Assembly (NCBI GenBank): GCA_001662655.1
Contig: KV460247.1
Strand: one strand, 5' to 3'
Length of the DNA stretch: 64,000 bases
Source: Pseudogymnoascus verrucosus
Taxonomy: Eukaryota
The translations under genes were made by a program, and so were the position numbers. Positions 26,401 through 39,259 of the stretch are shown here, in pieces (positions within the stretch are counted from its first letter, which is position 1; each line of letters begins with the position of its first letter). The notes under the pieces were generated by a model. The model had not been told where the DNA came from, made no database searches, and saw only the letters and a list, made by a program, of their open reading frames with translations.

Positions 26401-28091
26401 GACGGAGCTCCATGCGTCGACGACCTGGCCAATAACGAGTGGCAGCAGGTTCAGCGGCATACGTAGAGAATTGAATAGAGCAAGGGAGGAGAAGACTTTT
26501 GCTGGATCGAGGTTGTTGTTGGTAAGCGAGTAAGTGATGAAAGCCAACATAGAGGCGAAGATGGGCATAGACATCGAGACAGCGTTGATTGCGTTACGGA
26601 TAGCCAGGAGGATCTGAATGGCGTAAATCTCCCTATCACGAATACTGCGCAGGCGGTCCAGGAAGGCCATCTCCCAGCCGAAATACTTGACGAACCGCAC
26701 GGCCTGGAGGATTTCCTGCGTCAAACTCACGCGCTGGTCGGTGATCTTGTTGATTGCCCTACGGCGGGCGAACAAGCTCTTGACGGCCATGGTGAGGGCG
26801 GGAATGCCGAGAACAAGCAGGGCAAAACCGGCAAGCGCACTCTCGTGTAAGTTAATGACGAGGAGAACCAGGGTGAGGATACAGGCTATCGGGGCCGTCC
26901 AGATCAAATGGAACATAGCCGATGCCTGATCGACACGGTAGGTGTCCACAGCCATGAGATTGACAATGCGGCCGCTCCCCCATCCCGTACCATCACCAGA
27001 CACCCCCGGCGCCTGCTCCTCCTTCCCCATCTCCCCCGCTTTCTTGTCCTTGCCATCCCCTTTCCCAGCAGCCGGCTTGGCCGCCCCCTCAGAATCATCA
27101 TCCAGCGCACGCCCACCTGCCTTAGCACGCCCCGAAATCTTCATCGCCTTCTCAAAAATACACGATATCATCACCGCGCGCGACTGTCCTCCAATCATCA
27201 TACCCCTGTATATAAAATGGCTCATTCCCAAACTCTGACACACCTGCATAGCCGTGACGCCGATGACCAGCCCAACGCCCTTTCCAATATGCGGTGCCGG
27301 CGCGCCCGTCTTCTGTGCGATATATGCGTCGGTGGCGAACTGGATCAAGAAGCGCAGCGTGAAGGGCGCAAAGACGGTGAACAGATTGGCGAAGAACTGG
27401 CAGAAACCGCCGATCCAGAACTCCCACTTGAAGGTCTCGTGCATGGCCCAGAGGAGGGGGTATTTGTCGCCGCGCTCTGCGCGACGCTTGAAGGAAGCTT
27501 GCATACGCTCGGTCATCGGTGTTGCTTTGCGCTTGGGGTTGACGAGCCAGATGTCGTTCTGGTCGAGTGGTCGTTTGTAGCCAGCCTAGAACCCAGAGTT
27601 AGTAATTGTAGTTGCGCATGCGAGCATAGAGCACTCACAGTCATGACTGGCGCCATCCATTGGAAAGTCAATAAGCTGAACCACCCCGCAGTCGCCTCCC
27701 TCGACACCCCTCTCTCTGTAGGGATGGGCGGGATGGACCCCCATTTCATGGGATTGGGCGTTTTGTACCATGGCTTCTTCGCTGCCACCGTTGGCACGGT
27801 AGTTGTTGCAGAGGCGCCGCTCGCAGAGGTGGCATATGGAGCCAGGGGCTCTCCTATCGGTTTTGCCTCAGCGGCACTCTTGGTCTTCTCGAAGCCTGCA
27901 TCGCTCTCATGGCTCTCAGCCTTCTCAAAATCCGTATCCCTCTCATCCCTCTCGGTTTTTTCGTCACTCTCGCGCGCGCGGCTGTCCTGCTCGCTGTCAA
28001 CGGCGATCGGTTCTTCACGGTTCGTGCTGTTCACGGCAGCAGCTGGGCCCAGCGCTGCGTTGGTCGCTCGTGGCACCGAGGGGTCAGACAT
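23497..28091 (-). CDS. YOR1: ABCC/MRP-type ABC transporter, Yor1-like, 4 exons
   Basis: TMD-NBD-TMD-NBD; NBD1 GGVGSGKSS/VSGGQKQR/IMDD, NBD2 GRTGAGKSS/FSLGQRQ/VCDEATSSVD; FFDTTPLGRITNRFSRD. Confidence 0.9.
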
Positions 28092-29252
28092 GCTGTGGCC
28101 GTGCTGTGGCTGTTGAATATGATCGGCACGGATCGTCTGTCAGACCATCGCTGATGCGCCACAACGTAAGACTTGGGTGCAAGGAGTGTCACTCGAGTCT
28201 ATAGGGCGACGATGGTAGGAAGCGGTGGAGAGCAGGAGGAGGAAGAAGAGGATATATGACGGGCACGGCTATCTAACCAAAGCGCGATTGATTGCTAAGT
28301 GGGAACGGGATTGGGGACAGGGACCTAGCCTTCTTCTCGGGAAGGTGACGTCTAGGTTAAGTATATTCTGGATCCTCCAACAAATGATCCCTGTGCGTGA
28401 CAGACAGACAAGCCTTCTCTCTTCCCTGTAGGCATTCGTAGTATGCGCGTCGACTCATACTTCATCTCTTCCCATCCATACTCTGTACGGCTGAATTACC
28501 CATTCCAAAGGCAACCGCGTGCTCCCCATTGCTCGCCATGCGAGACAGGGACAGGTTAGTGACAGTAGTCACAGTAGTGGCAGTAGTGGCGTCCATATCT
28601 CTCCCCGAGTGGCTCTCTCTTCTATCTTCCCCTCACCTTTGGGGCCAACATTTTTCCTCCCCAAAGCCCCAAGCGTGCCGAAGTACCGAGCGACTAGCTC
28701 CTGCCGCCTTTGGCTTGATCCTGCAAGCAAAATGGCGGGGAAGGTTTGTCAGTCGATACTTGCCCACCACCAAAAGATGGGTGTGGACGTCGGGAGGTCG
28801 GGGAGTCGGGGAGTGGGAATGCCGACAAAGCTTGGTTGGAGGGTCTTTTGTCAAAGACCGTCGAATAGAGAGGGCTGTGATTGGTTGAAACGGACACGGC
28901 GCACGCGAACTCCTTCGGAATTCGAAAGAGACTAGGTTGGTTTGAGACTAGATTCAGTTGGAGTGGAGGGAGCGGATGGGACTTCTTAAATCCGGTGTGA
29001 CCCCTGGTGGGGCGGGCTTTGTCATCATGCAAATTCGCTGGGCAGGCGGGTCTGGCCTCGACGACGGACATCGCTTGTGGTGGTTCTATAGCTGGAAATT
29101 GATATTACGAAGTATGATTGTTTCATCTTACGGTGAGTATGGTTAGGCCTCCGTATACGTCACTGTTTGGGTAGGGATAGGGGGGTAAAAGAGAGAAGAA
29201 CTCCAACGGATTCCGTGATTTATGCCAAGAGGATGGAGATAACGCTTTAGTT

Positions 29253-29315
29253 CGGGGAGTTGACGGGGAATTGACGGTGAATTGACGAGGAATTGGCGGG
29301 GAATTGACGGGAATG
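29253..29315. repeat. 11-bp tandem minisatellite (GAATTGACGGG-like, ~5 copies)
   Basis: gagttgacggg gaattgacggt gaattgacgag gaattggcggg gaattgacggg. Confidence 0.85.
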
Positions 29316-29384
29316 GGAGGCTCGGATAGCGGGGATAGCACTTCAAACCCGCGTCTTCGTAAGGTGGATCCCAGCCATGGAAGG

Positions 29385-29552
29385 TGAGAGACTGGACGTG
29401 AGGGACGGAATTGGGGGACTGGAGATGAGAGCTTGGAGACGAGATACTGGCGGTGAGAGACTGGAAGTGAGAGACCAGGCGTGAGAGACTGAGGAAGAGA
29501 TAGGAGGCGAGACTCTAAAGGCCAGAGACTGGAGGTAGGAGACTGGAGGAGA
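29385..29552. repeat. Degenerate ~14-bp tandem repeat (GTGAGAGACTGGA-like)
   Basis: Recurring GAGAGACTGG/GAGACTGGA units over ~170 bp. Confidence 0.7.
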
Positions 29553-29626
29553 CGCAAGGGATTAAAGACGGTGCAGGATAAGCCCCTTTAAACGTCTAAC
29601 AAACAGAATCTCCTCCAGTCTTCCCA

Positions 29627-30864
29627 TCAACCCAACAGCGCCTCCACAATCCTCGCCTGCACCTCCTCACCAACCCCAATCCCCCCAAGATACTCCCTCG
29701 TCCCCCCATACTTCTCACCCAAATACTCATTCATCTTCCCAATCCACTCCCCCGGCGCACTAGCAAACTCCTCCGTCAACCCAATCTCCCTAATCTCCAC
29801 CATCCTCTCCTCCTTCTCTGGCAGCAAGCCCGCTTCACTCAGCGTGTAGTCGTACGTCACGGCGTCGATGGGGACGTCGAGCAGGAGCAGGAGAAGGCAG
29901 ATGATCAGGCCTGTCCGGTCTTTTCCTTGCGTGCAGTGCACGAGGATGGGGTAGCGGGGGGAGGAGGCGAATTCGCGGAGGGCCTGGGGATGTTAGATGT
30001 GTGGTGTTGGGAATGGGAGAGGGGGACAGACGGTGGCTAGTTCGGCGCCGCAGTAGTCAATGGTGTCGTAGCCTAGGCCGATGAGGCCGCGGGGTTTCAT
30101 GACTTCGCGGCCGAGGATGCTGATGGCCTCCATGCGGTAGCCGGAGAGCATGAGGATTAGAACCTTGCTGATAAAATGACGGTGTTAATGGGTGTAATGA
30201 TTTGTGAGTGGTAAGAGAAACATTGTAACATCCAGCCGATATGCTCAGATTCCTGAAGCCTACCACAGCTCAAGTTCCATAATGGTAAGCCAGAAACGTT
30301 GACCTACAAAATATTCCAAAAAGACAGCCTCCACAAGAGTGTCCGCTCAAAGCCCTTTCCATTGATATTGATATTGCAGTACTCCAACCCAGGAATCTGA
30401 ATCGGTTCCGCCAAGGCATCATTAGACTTCACCAACGCCGGTATTTTGAGGTCCCCCTCGCGCTTCTTAGCCTGCTTAACATGCTCTGACCTAATTGCGT
30501 CAGAACTTTCCCATCTAAAGGAGAACCCAGCTAGTGGTACTTCGTTCGCAGGTCCATGACCGTCTTGATTCCGACATCATGTCGAAGCGCTTCGCGGTCA
30601 GAAACGGTTGCGTCGTCTGAGGGGTAACGTGTGAGCTTCCTGAACAGGGGCCAGGGCGGAAGTGCGCATACCAAGCCTGGCGGATCGAAACAAACGGCCC
30701 TCAGCTACTAGTCTGGAATGGCAATATAAGAAACGTGTATATAGTAATATGGGGTGCACTGGATGTAGAAACCTCTTGCCAGTATACTGGTTGATCGTCT
30801 TTCCCACATCTCGGAAATTCAGGATCCGGTCGAAGGAATATGTCCGTGATGCATCTTCGGACAT
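29627..30864 (-). CDS. IphP-like tyrosine/serine protein phosphatase, multi-exon
   Basis: ILNFRDVG, LFRSARL, TVMDLRT, catalytic HCTQGKDRTG, DYTLSE. Confidence 0.88.
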
Positions 30865-31255
30865 CTCGTTATCACAACGCTAGAAATGCAAAGACAGGCA
30901 CAATAAAAACCAAAAGCAAACCGCAAATTTTACAAAATAATATTCTGACCTTGAGCAATACCAAGGTCAGACTGCGGCTTATGACCATAAATATTTATTT
31001 TTAGCCTAAAAATGTAACATCACGTGATACATACTATTAACCATCTCGTTATCACAATGTTAGAAAAGTAAGACAGGTACGAATAAAAAATAGAAAGGAG
31101 TGCAGACAGGACAAATAAGTAAGTTATTAAATACTCATGACAGATGGATTCTTTCGTTATCAGAGAATTGGCACGTTCCTGGCAATTGCGGGAATTACGT
31201 CATGATGCATGACATGTGTTACAGCTAGGGTGCTCTATGTATATTTCGGCTGCAT

Positions 31256-32037
31256 TTACAGCTTGGCCTTCTCAATGGTTTGCATCGCCCCGTCAAACTC
31301 GCTCCAGTGCTGCATGACTATCTTTGCGCCATTTTCCTTGAGAAGAGTAGTCATCTTCTCCCGCTCATCCTCGTCGTAGCTCCCCACGTAGCCGATAACC
31401 GGGATCCCCGCGCGAACCGCGCTCAGCGTGCCGCTCTTGCTGTCCTCGAAGGCCACGCACTCCTCCGGCTTCTTCCCTAGCTGTTGGGCAGCGAAATTGT
31501 AGATTGCAGGATCGGGCTTGGATGTCGGCGTAGGTAGGGATGTTGCGGCGCTGTATACCCTATCTCCAAAGTAGTCCTGCATGTTGGTCTTGACGAGGCT
31601 GGCTTTTAGACGGCGCCCTGCTGATGACGAGACAACGGCCAGCGTGTACTTCCCATCCATCTCCTTGAGGGCGTCGTGCACACCCTCACACGGCTCCAAG
31701 CTCGCATTGAGCTTCGCAATAACAGCATCTTCCTCGCTAGAGACGTAGCCCGCAAGCTCGTCCTCTGGGATGTGGAGGTTGTGCTTCTGGCAGAGGCTGA
31801 GCAGCATGCCGCGGAAGTTCTGGCCGACGAATTCGGTCATGAGAGACTCGCCGGTGTAATTGGGGTGGAGATTGTGCTTCTGGAGGATGTGGTTTGCCAG
31901 ATCAGCGCAGGCGGCGAAGGCGAGCTTCTCGGAGAGGACGAGGGTGTTGTCACAATCCAGGAGGAGGGTGGTGATCTGAGATGCGGGGTTAGAATTATAT
32001 CTTAGAGAGACCGGGGCGGGGTGCTTACTTTGGCCAT
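31256..32037 (-). CDS. HAD-superfamily hydrolase (phosphatase-like) with C-terminal AKL
   Basis: MAK|intron|ITTLLLDCDNTLVLSE (motif I), VVSSS, SKPDPAIY, FEDSKSG. Confidence 0.9.
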
Positions 32038-32736
32038 TGTGAACGATTAGGTTGAGATTCAAAAGATGTGTATCTTGTGAGAGTATTCTATGAGACTGAC
32101 CGAGGAAGTAGGTAAGTGGGGGATAATGAGGAATGAGGGCCATTTATTGTATTTGGTTCCTGCCCAACCAGTAACCTGGCCGGTTAGTTTGGCCAAGGCC
32201 GAACCACCAACTTTCGACTTGATAGTGTGCCCGGTCCAATCACCAATCTCAAGGCAGTTTTTCGGGATAATTTCTATGTGAAGTTACTTAATGAAATATA
32301 GTCACAAATATAACTTATTTACTTCTAAATAGCATAGAAGTAGTTATAATCACTGTATATACGTAGTAATTATAAGAATTAACTGTTATCACATAGTAGA
32401 GAGGAAAGTTAGAATAAGTATCTTTACATAGAAATTGTGGCAAAAAGGTACCTTGACGTGGGGTTCGGCTGGAGCGTTATCGTTGTTTGTCATGTTTGAC
32501 GATTTTTGTTGCCTGAGGTGTCGATCAACGCTAACGTCATTACGGTTAGATCATGACCCCGATAAGCTGTGAATTTTTATCGCACTTGGCGCAATTCGTG
32601 GGATAACCTCCACGTCCAACCACCCCAGACAGTCGACCAGCAACCCAGACAGCCAGCCAACTATCCTGGCAGTCGACAAACTATTTCAATACCCATCCAA
32701 GATACCCAGGCAGTCGCTCGATAGCGACCCTCCGCA

Positions 32737-33837
32737 ATGCCTCAAAATGAATAGTAAGGATACCACAGTCCACCCCGTATGCAATGATTCTGACAACCAA
32801 AACAGTATGGACCGCTGGAGGAAACTCCACGGAAGAAGAGTATGACCCCCTCTCGACCTTCCCACGAGTACGCATGAACTAACGGTCTACCCAAGCTCGA
32901 TCACGAGGAGAAGACGCGCAAGAGAGCAGCCAGAGAGGGCAAGAAGCAGTCGCAGGATGCGCAGAACTTGACTGGTCTTCGCGCGAAGTTATACCAGAAG
33001 AAGAGGCATCATGAGAAGATCCAGATGAAGAAGCAGATCAAGGCGCACGAGGAGCGTAACGTCAAGTCTTCGGCACCAAATGAGCCTTCCAACACGCCTC
33101 TCCCACAATATCTTCTCGACAGATCGAATCCTACAAACGCGAAGGCTCTGAGCAGCTCGAGTACGTCGAACACATGCTGGTTTTCGAAGGACTTACTGAC
33201 GATTGCTAGTTAAAAATAAGAGGAAGGAGAAGGCGGCCAAGTTCAGCGTGCCGTTGCCAAAGGTCAGGGGTATCGCTGAGGATGAGATGTTCAAGGTTGT
33301 CAAGACCGGAAAGAAGACCAACAAGAAGGGTTCGTGAATCCCACATTTCTCGACACCGAAACAGCTGCTAACGGGGTTTTAGGATGGAAGCGTATGATCA
33401 CCAAGCCAACATTCGTCGGACCAGACTTCACCAGACGTCCGGTAAAATACGAGAGGTTCATCCGCCCTATGGGTCTGAGATACAAGAAGGCGAACGTTAC
33501 TGTCAGTATCCCACTCTCACTAGCCATTTTCTATACTAACAACAAATTCAGCACCCGGAACTTGGTGTCACCGTTCAGCTACCTATCATCAGCGTCAAGA
33601 AGAACCCGCAAAACCCTATGTACACCCAGCTGGGTGTCTTGACGAAGGGTACGGTTATCGAGGTGAACGTTAGCGAGTTGGGATTGGTCACGACCGGTGG
33701 TAAGGTGGTGTGGGGAAGATACGCGCAGATCATGAACCACTGCGAGAATGATGGGTGTGTTAACGCGTAAGTTTACCCTCTGAGATATCCTTTTTCTAGC
33801 GGGATGCTAACTTTATTGCAGTGTACTCCTGGTTTAG
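32737..33837 (+). CDS. NSA2: Ribosome biogenesis protein Nsa2, multi-exon
   Basis: MPQNEY..., [75 protein letters not shown]. Confidence 0.96.
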
Positions 33838-35365
33838 AAGCGGTGTCTATAATAGAACTGAATTTAAAATAAAAGCGGATAGCTTTGGAGGGGCGTTTAG
33901 TTTTTAAATATTCTGTGTTTTATCATCGGAGCTAAATAGGCGTCTACGAACCACCTTTTTTCCATCAGTCGCTGTGTTATCGATATTCTATCATTCTTTG
34001 ATTTCGATATTTGGCCTGCCCCTTTTTCTGCCACGATGAGGCTGTCTTCCTTCACCTTTTCCTGCTCTGTCCTTGCTAGCGCGTCGAAATTCATCGGTTG
34101 TAAGGAAGGTCCAATGGCTTCAAGCAGAGTCAAAGGGAAATGCGGCCAATATAGTTGCAGAAATCCCAAGGTAGGGCCCATACAATCAAGCTCACAAGGG
34201 ATTCGAAAACAGAACCCTACACCTGCGGTTCAAATGATGGAAGTGGCCTATAACATTGTTTTGTTTCGATATTCCACATGCGGCTAGGAAATAAAGTATA
34301 CAGTTGCGAAACTCTCGCCCGTCAATGTAGCCATCGGTGTCACGGCCCAGCCAATGAAACCGCAGCGGCTTCCCCATCTTCAACTTCTGCCCAAATTGTA
34401 CAGCATCTCGCCAACCACATGAAAATAATCTAGACTAACTTGACATGCACGGGGAATGCATCGCCGCAACCTGCAAAGTAGTTTTATTGGGCGACATGGA
34501 AAACCTTGTCTAAATCTCCAGGCGTGGCATAGATGTCGTGACTGCCACAAGTGCGGGGAAGGGTTGCTAGATGCATCTCATCCTCTCACCGGTATCAATT
34601 CTGGCTTGCATTGCAGAATCTATCGGCAGAGTTCCTACCCCCCATATGGAAAGCCGGGATTTATCAGATCAGCCACGCAGTAAATATTGTCTGCCAAGTA
34701 TCAATGCCATTGGTTTCTCAACGCGGGTTATTTCTTATTCGTTTAACGCTCTGCAAATATGCTGTCATCATCTCAGCCCAGGCAGTGTCTGCTAGGCACG
34801 AACATATAATTTTGCTTAGCCTAACATAACCACTCCCGCGGAGCTGCGAGTAGTTAAGTGTTGGCATCTCTTGCCATTTGTCATACCGCATTTTTCGAGA
34901 AGGCCCCAAGAGTCCTTAGCAATCTGAATATTATATACGCGGCCTTATTTCCCCATCCTCACATGAGACTTAGCTGCTAACGTGACGCACACGTTATCGA
35001 CCACTCGCCGCTCAAACGAGCAAACACACTTCCGGCCTTTAATAAAGCATATACGCTATATACTATGGAACTTGTTAATAACCTAATCCAAGGAACCACG
35101 ACCAAAGTCAAAAAGCTCACAGTCGACAAATCCGACTCTAGAAACAAGAGCTCTAGCTCGAGGACTAAACAGACCAACAGAAATACGAGAAAAGCACTCA
35201 GCACAACTGACAAAGAGCTCCAGAAGTTATTTGCAATAAAGGAGGGTCGAGCCCAACCAGACCAGGCGAATACAAACGGGCCAGCAGCCGGCCAGCCTTC
35301 TCCCCCTCAGGATAAAACTCGAGGGCAGGAACCCGCCAATCGCGTAAGCGGCGAACAAACTCAAC

Positions 35366-36521
35366 ATGTCCAACAAAGCGACAGACGACCTGGCCACACC
35401 AGCGGCGGACAGCGTGACAACCCCAGCAGAAGGAAACGAGACGAACCCAGCGCCAATCGACGAGACGGCCAACCTAGCAAGAGCTGATCAAATGCGGGAA
35501 ACAAGGGCTTGCCAAGAAAAATTCCTCAGGTATCAGGAGTCTTTCAACGATATAATAGAATGTCTTCGAAAATGTAATGGTGATGAGCCGCCCGATGAAA
35601 AGCCAAACCTGATGGGCGAGGAGGTAGATCCTGAAGGCGCGGAACTGTCGCCAACTCCTGAAGCTATGACTCCCGAAGTTATAACCCCCGAAGCTATAAC
35701 CCCCGAAGCTATAACCCCCGAATCTATAGCTAAGAAGAAAATGAAGGAACTTACCGATCGATCAGCTATACTTGGCCTTCCTACGGCAATCGCTGAAAGC
35801 CGCCTAAAAGAGCTTTGCTGCAACAAGGACGGGCCTGAGGACATGAAATTCCCCGTCATCAATCTCGTTGAGCTGCAAAGACTAAATATTTATGCGATTC
35901 GAAAGAGGCTCGCAGAAAAGGCCATTGCTATTTTGGATACAACGTCCCTATGTGATAACGAGGCGTGGCGAATTAAGGGTCTAATGTCTGACTATTGTAA
36001 GTAGCTATAACAAATAACCTCTAGACTCCCCGCACTAATGGTTGACAGGCAACGCCCTCAGAGACTTCGACTACATGCTACAAAAAGAGAACAATGAGAT
36101 TGAGCGTGATCCATTCTATCTCATGTACAGCCGATGGTGCGACTGGGCGATCATGAAACCCGTAGTAAAGAAGCTCTATAAATCCACCACCAAAACAATG
36201 ATGGAGGCACCGAGAGATTATGCCGATCCGGAGATGATCGGTGATGCTCGTGCCTGGACAAAAAAACGGGCAAGAGACGCCTCCTTCTATAAGCGGTTCT
36301 GGTTTGGCCTCGCGGGTGGCCTGGCACTGATCGCTCCTATGCTGCTTATTCTTCTTCATCATGACCGAGTCACGGCCTTGGCGACGGCTTCTGTTGCGAC
36401 AGTGTTTTTTGCGGTGACGATGGCGTTTTATCATGAAGCTGATGCGAGTCCATTGGCTCCCGTGGGGGCAACGGCGGCGTATTCTGCTGTTTTGATTGTT
36501 TTGGTGGGGACAAAGCTTTGA
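35366..36521 (+). CDS. Hypothetical membrane protein with DUF6594-like C-terminal 3-TM domain
   Basis: LQRLNIYAIRKRL, IKGLMSDY|NALRDFDYM, RFWFGLAGGLALIAPMLLILL...ATAAYSAVLIVLVG; one intron ~35997-36048; true start uncertain (overlapping ORF 35065-35487). Confidence 0.7.
35654..35728 (+). repeat. Intragenic 15-bp tandem repeat x5 (TPEAI)
   Basis: ACTCCTGAAGCTATG ACTCCCGAAGTTATA ACCCCCGAAGCTATA x2 ACCCCCGAATCTATA. Confidence 0.9.
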
Positions 36522-36828
36522 AGGGGCGTGTTTACCCCGTCTATATTTTGGTTATGTTTATTACATAGCCGGAGTTTTCATATAATTTCAGTTAGAGTGC
36601 CGTTGAAACAAAATAATTGTTGTGGGGAGTTAACATATTTGCTAAATTATATGGAGAGAGTATCATTTTTGACCTTATTTTTATCTGGGATTATCCCTAA
36701 ATAATTTGTTTATAAATTCGTTATATCAAGATAAAATCTATGTGTCGTTCATCATATGCAAGAAGCTGCACTTTTATCACTTCTCACAATACGAGCTCCC
36801 TCTGACGAGCTCCCTATGATGACCCATA

Positions 36829-38179
36829 TCACTCCAGCACAATCACCCTCCTCGCAACCAACGGGCTCGTCTCACAAATCTTCCCATGATCATGCGCATC
36901 CAAACACGCCCTCCTCGAATTCAACACCGCAACCCTCGCACGCGGAATCATCTCCGCCACATACCTATCAATCGGGCTCGGGGCATCCGCGTCCGCCTCA
37001 GCGAACATCTCTCTAACCAAGGACGCCACATCCGCAATACCATGGTTGGCAGCTTCGCCGCGGTCTAAAGGGGATAGGTAGTTAGCAAAACATATCGAAA
37101 AACTCGGAAAAAGGGGGCCGGGGGAGGAACATACACATAGTCATCGCATGCGCCGCATCACCAATCAATGTCACTCTCCCATCTCTACTCTCGAACCCCT
37201 CCGCAGGCGGCAGCCAATCCTCCAGCGCCAAACTCTTCACCTCCGCCCCCCCCGGAATATCCGCCACGATCCCCCTAAACGGCTCCACCCACCCCTTCGT
37301 AACCTCCTTCATCCACCCCACCCTCTCCCCCTGCACCGGCGTCTCAACCGGCTCCTCCCTCCCCAAAAACCCCTTCCGAAACGGCCACGAAACAAGGATC
37401 TGACACTCCCTATCCTCCTTCGGGTCTACAGGGACAGAGAGGAAAGAGAACCAGAAGAAAGCGTCCGTGGCGGGGTCGCTGGCTTGGAAGAAAAACGGGT
37501 CGAGCGCGCGGATGGAAGCGCAGCGGGCGGAGGAATAGGGGACGCTGGTGCCGAGGAGGCGGACGGGGAGGATGTAGTTGGATGGGGAGGGGGAGAGGAA
37601 GGTGCGTACGCGCGAGTGGGAGCCGTCGGCGCCGATGAGGTGGGTGCCGGTTGCGGTGGTGCCGTCGGTGAAGGAGGCGGTTACGGCGGAGGGGGTGGTG
37701 GTGTCAATGGCGGCGATGGTTTTGGACCACTGATGGGGTTAGTCGGAGGGTGATAAGTTGGGTGAGGGGGAGCGCACCTGGATATCTAACCCATCCATGA
37801 GGAGGCGACGGAGACGCTCGCGGGAAACGCGAATGCGTGTATTAGGCGGCACCCTGAAGCGCTCCGACCCATCTTGGAGGTCAAAAAGGAGGAAATTCCC
37901 CGTGAGTCCCTCGGCGACGGCGGCAGTATCGACGAATGTCTCGGGGAGACGCGCGAGGAGGTCGACGGGGAGGAGGGCTTCAAAGTCGGGAAGCGCCCAG
38001 TGGATTGTCAGGCCCCAGCCGGCGCCGCGGTGGGTGGGGTTGGGGTCACGCTCGTAAATGGTGAAGGGGACGGGCCCGGTTGAGGAGGAGGCGGCGTGGT
38101 GCTTGCGCAGGGCTTGGGCGAGGACGAGGCCTGTGATGCCGGCGCCGATGATGAGGGTGTGTGGAGCGGGAGAGGTCAT
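36829..38179 (-). CDS. FAD-dependent monooxygenase, 3 exons
   Basis: IIGAGITG, IYERD, IGADGSHSRVR, VTLIGDAAHAMTM|YRGEAANHGIAD. Confidence 0.9.
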
Positions 38180-39259
38180 TGCGCTGGGTGGGATGGGGGA
38201 GATCTGGGATGGTGGTGGTTGTCTGGTTTAGCTTTCGCCCCTTGCTGCGGAGGTGTTGGAGATGTTGTAGGATCTGTTTGAAACTCGATCTGTTCTGCAT
38301 GATCTTCACATACGACAAGAGGTTGAGTATAGGCTGGGTACCCGGTGGTATTGCGTCGGGTTTCGGGCAGTATAGTGGGGAGAACCCCGAATGGTGGGGG
38401 TGGGAGTATCGCCGGAAGTACTCCGTACCTTCCTTCCTCATTCCTTCCTTGATCATAATATCATCATGGTAATCTGATTAAACCCACCTTCAACTCCAAT
38501 AGTACAGTTCTTACTGCAGAAAATACTACCTCACAACCTTACTACTGACTATACTTGCCTAACTTGCCTAACTTGCCTCATTTTCCTAGCTTACCTAACT
38601 TAGCTAAAAATACAGTATATCGGCCATTCCCCAATCAAGCCTTCACACCCGTAACCCTACCACAACTAACCACACCCTACCATGACTAACCCCAGTCATC
38701 ATCCCTGTCATGACCCCTGTCACAACCCCTACACCTAACACTATAACCAAGAATAAACCCTGTCTGCCGATCCCGCCAGCCCCCATCTAAACTAAGTCTA
38801 GATCGTTTCCGCGGCGGGAACCGGGCGGCCAATTCCCGATACAACCAGCGGAATCCGCACCTAAAAAATTCCCACAACCCAATGCATGGGCCTTTCTCCA
38901 GACCCAGCGCCCGTTGGCCGCACAGCGCTAGAAAATTAGCCGAGATAAGGATGTGACACGCCCGCGCGCCAATCGGAGCTGGTGGCATGCATGTGGACTA
39001 GATAGGGCAGAGAGGACAGGGATAGCGTAGGGACAGGGCAGACAGGGCAGGCAGGGCAGGGATGGTGCCTGGTTCAAATATCTCAAATCTCATAAGGATA
39101 CCCTGGGATACTTTAGAAGGTATGCTCGTATGCTCGTACCGAGTACGGAGGAATGAGTACCAAACATCACACAGAGATCTCTTCACAAACGTGTCAACGG
39201 TGCACAGGAATGTTCCGTGAGACTTTTGTTATTATGTACAGTATACTCCATGTCCACTT

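Noticed and set aside
26908..28116. 402-aa + strand ORF and similar long shadow ORFs (3060-3815, 11108-11959, 25390-26139)
   Set aside because: Antisense to well-supported genes; expected from codon bias; no recognisable domains.
38652..38659. Telomerase RNA template-like TAACCCTA
   Set aside because: Partial match within a low-complexity C/A-rich promoter, with no other supporting element.
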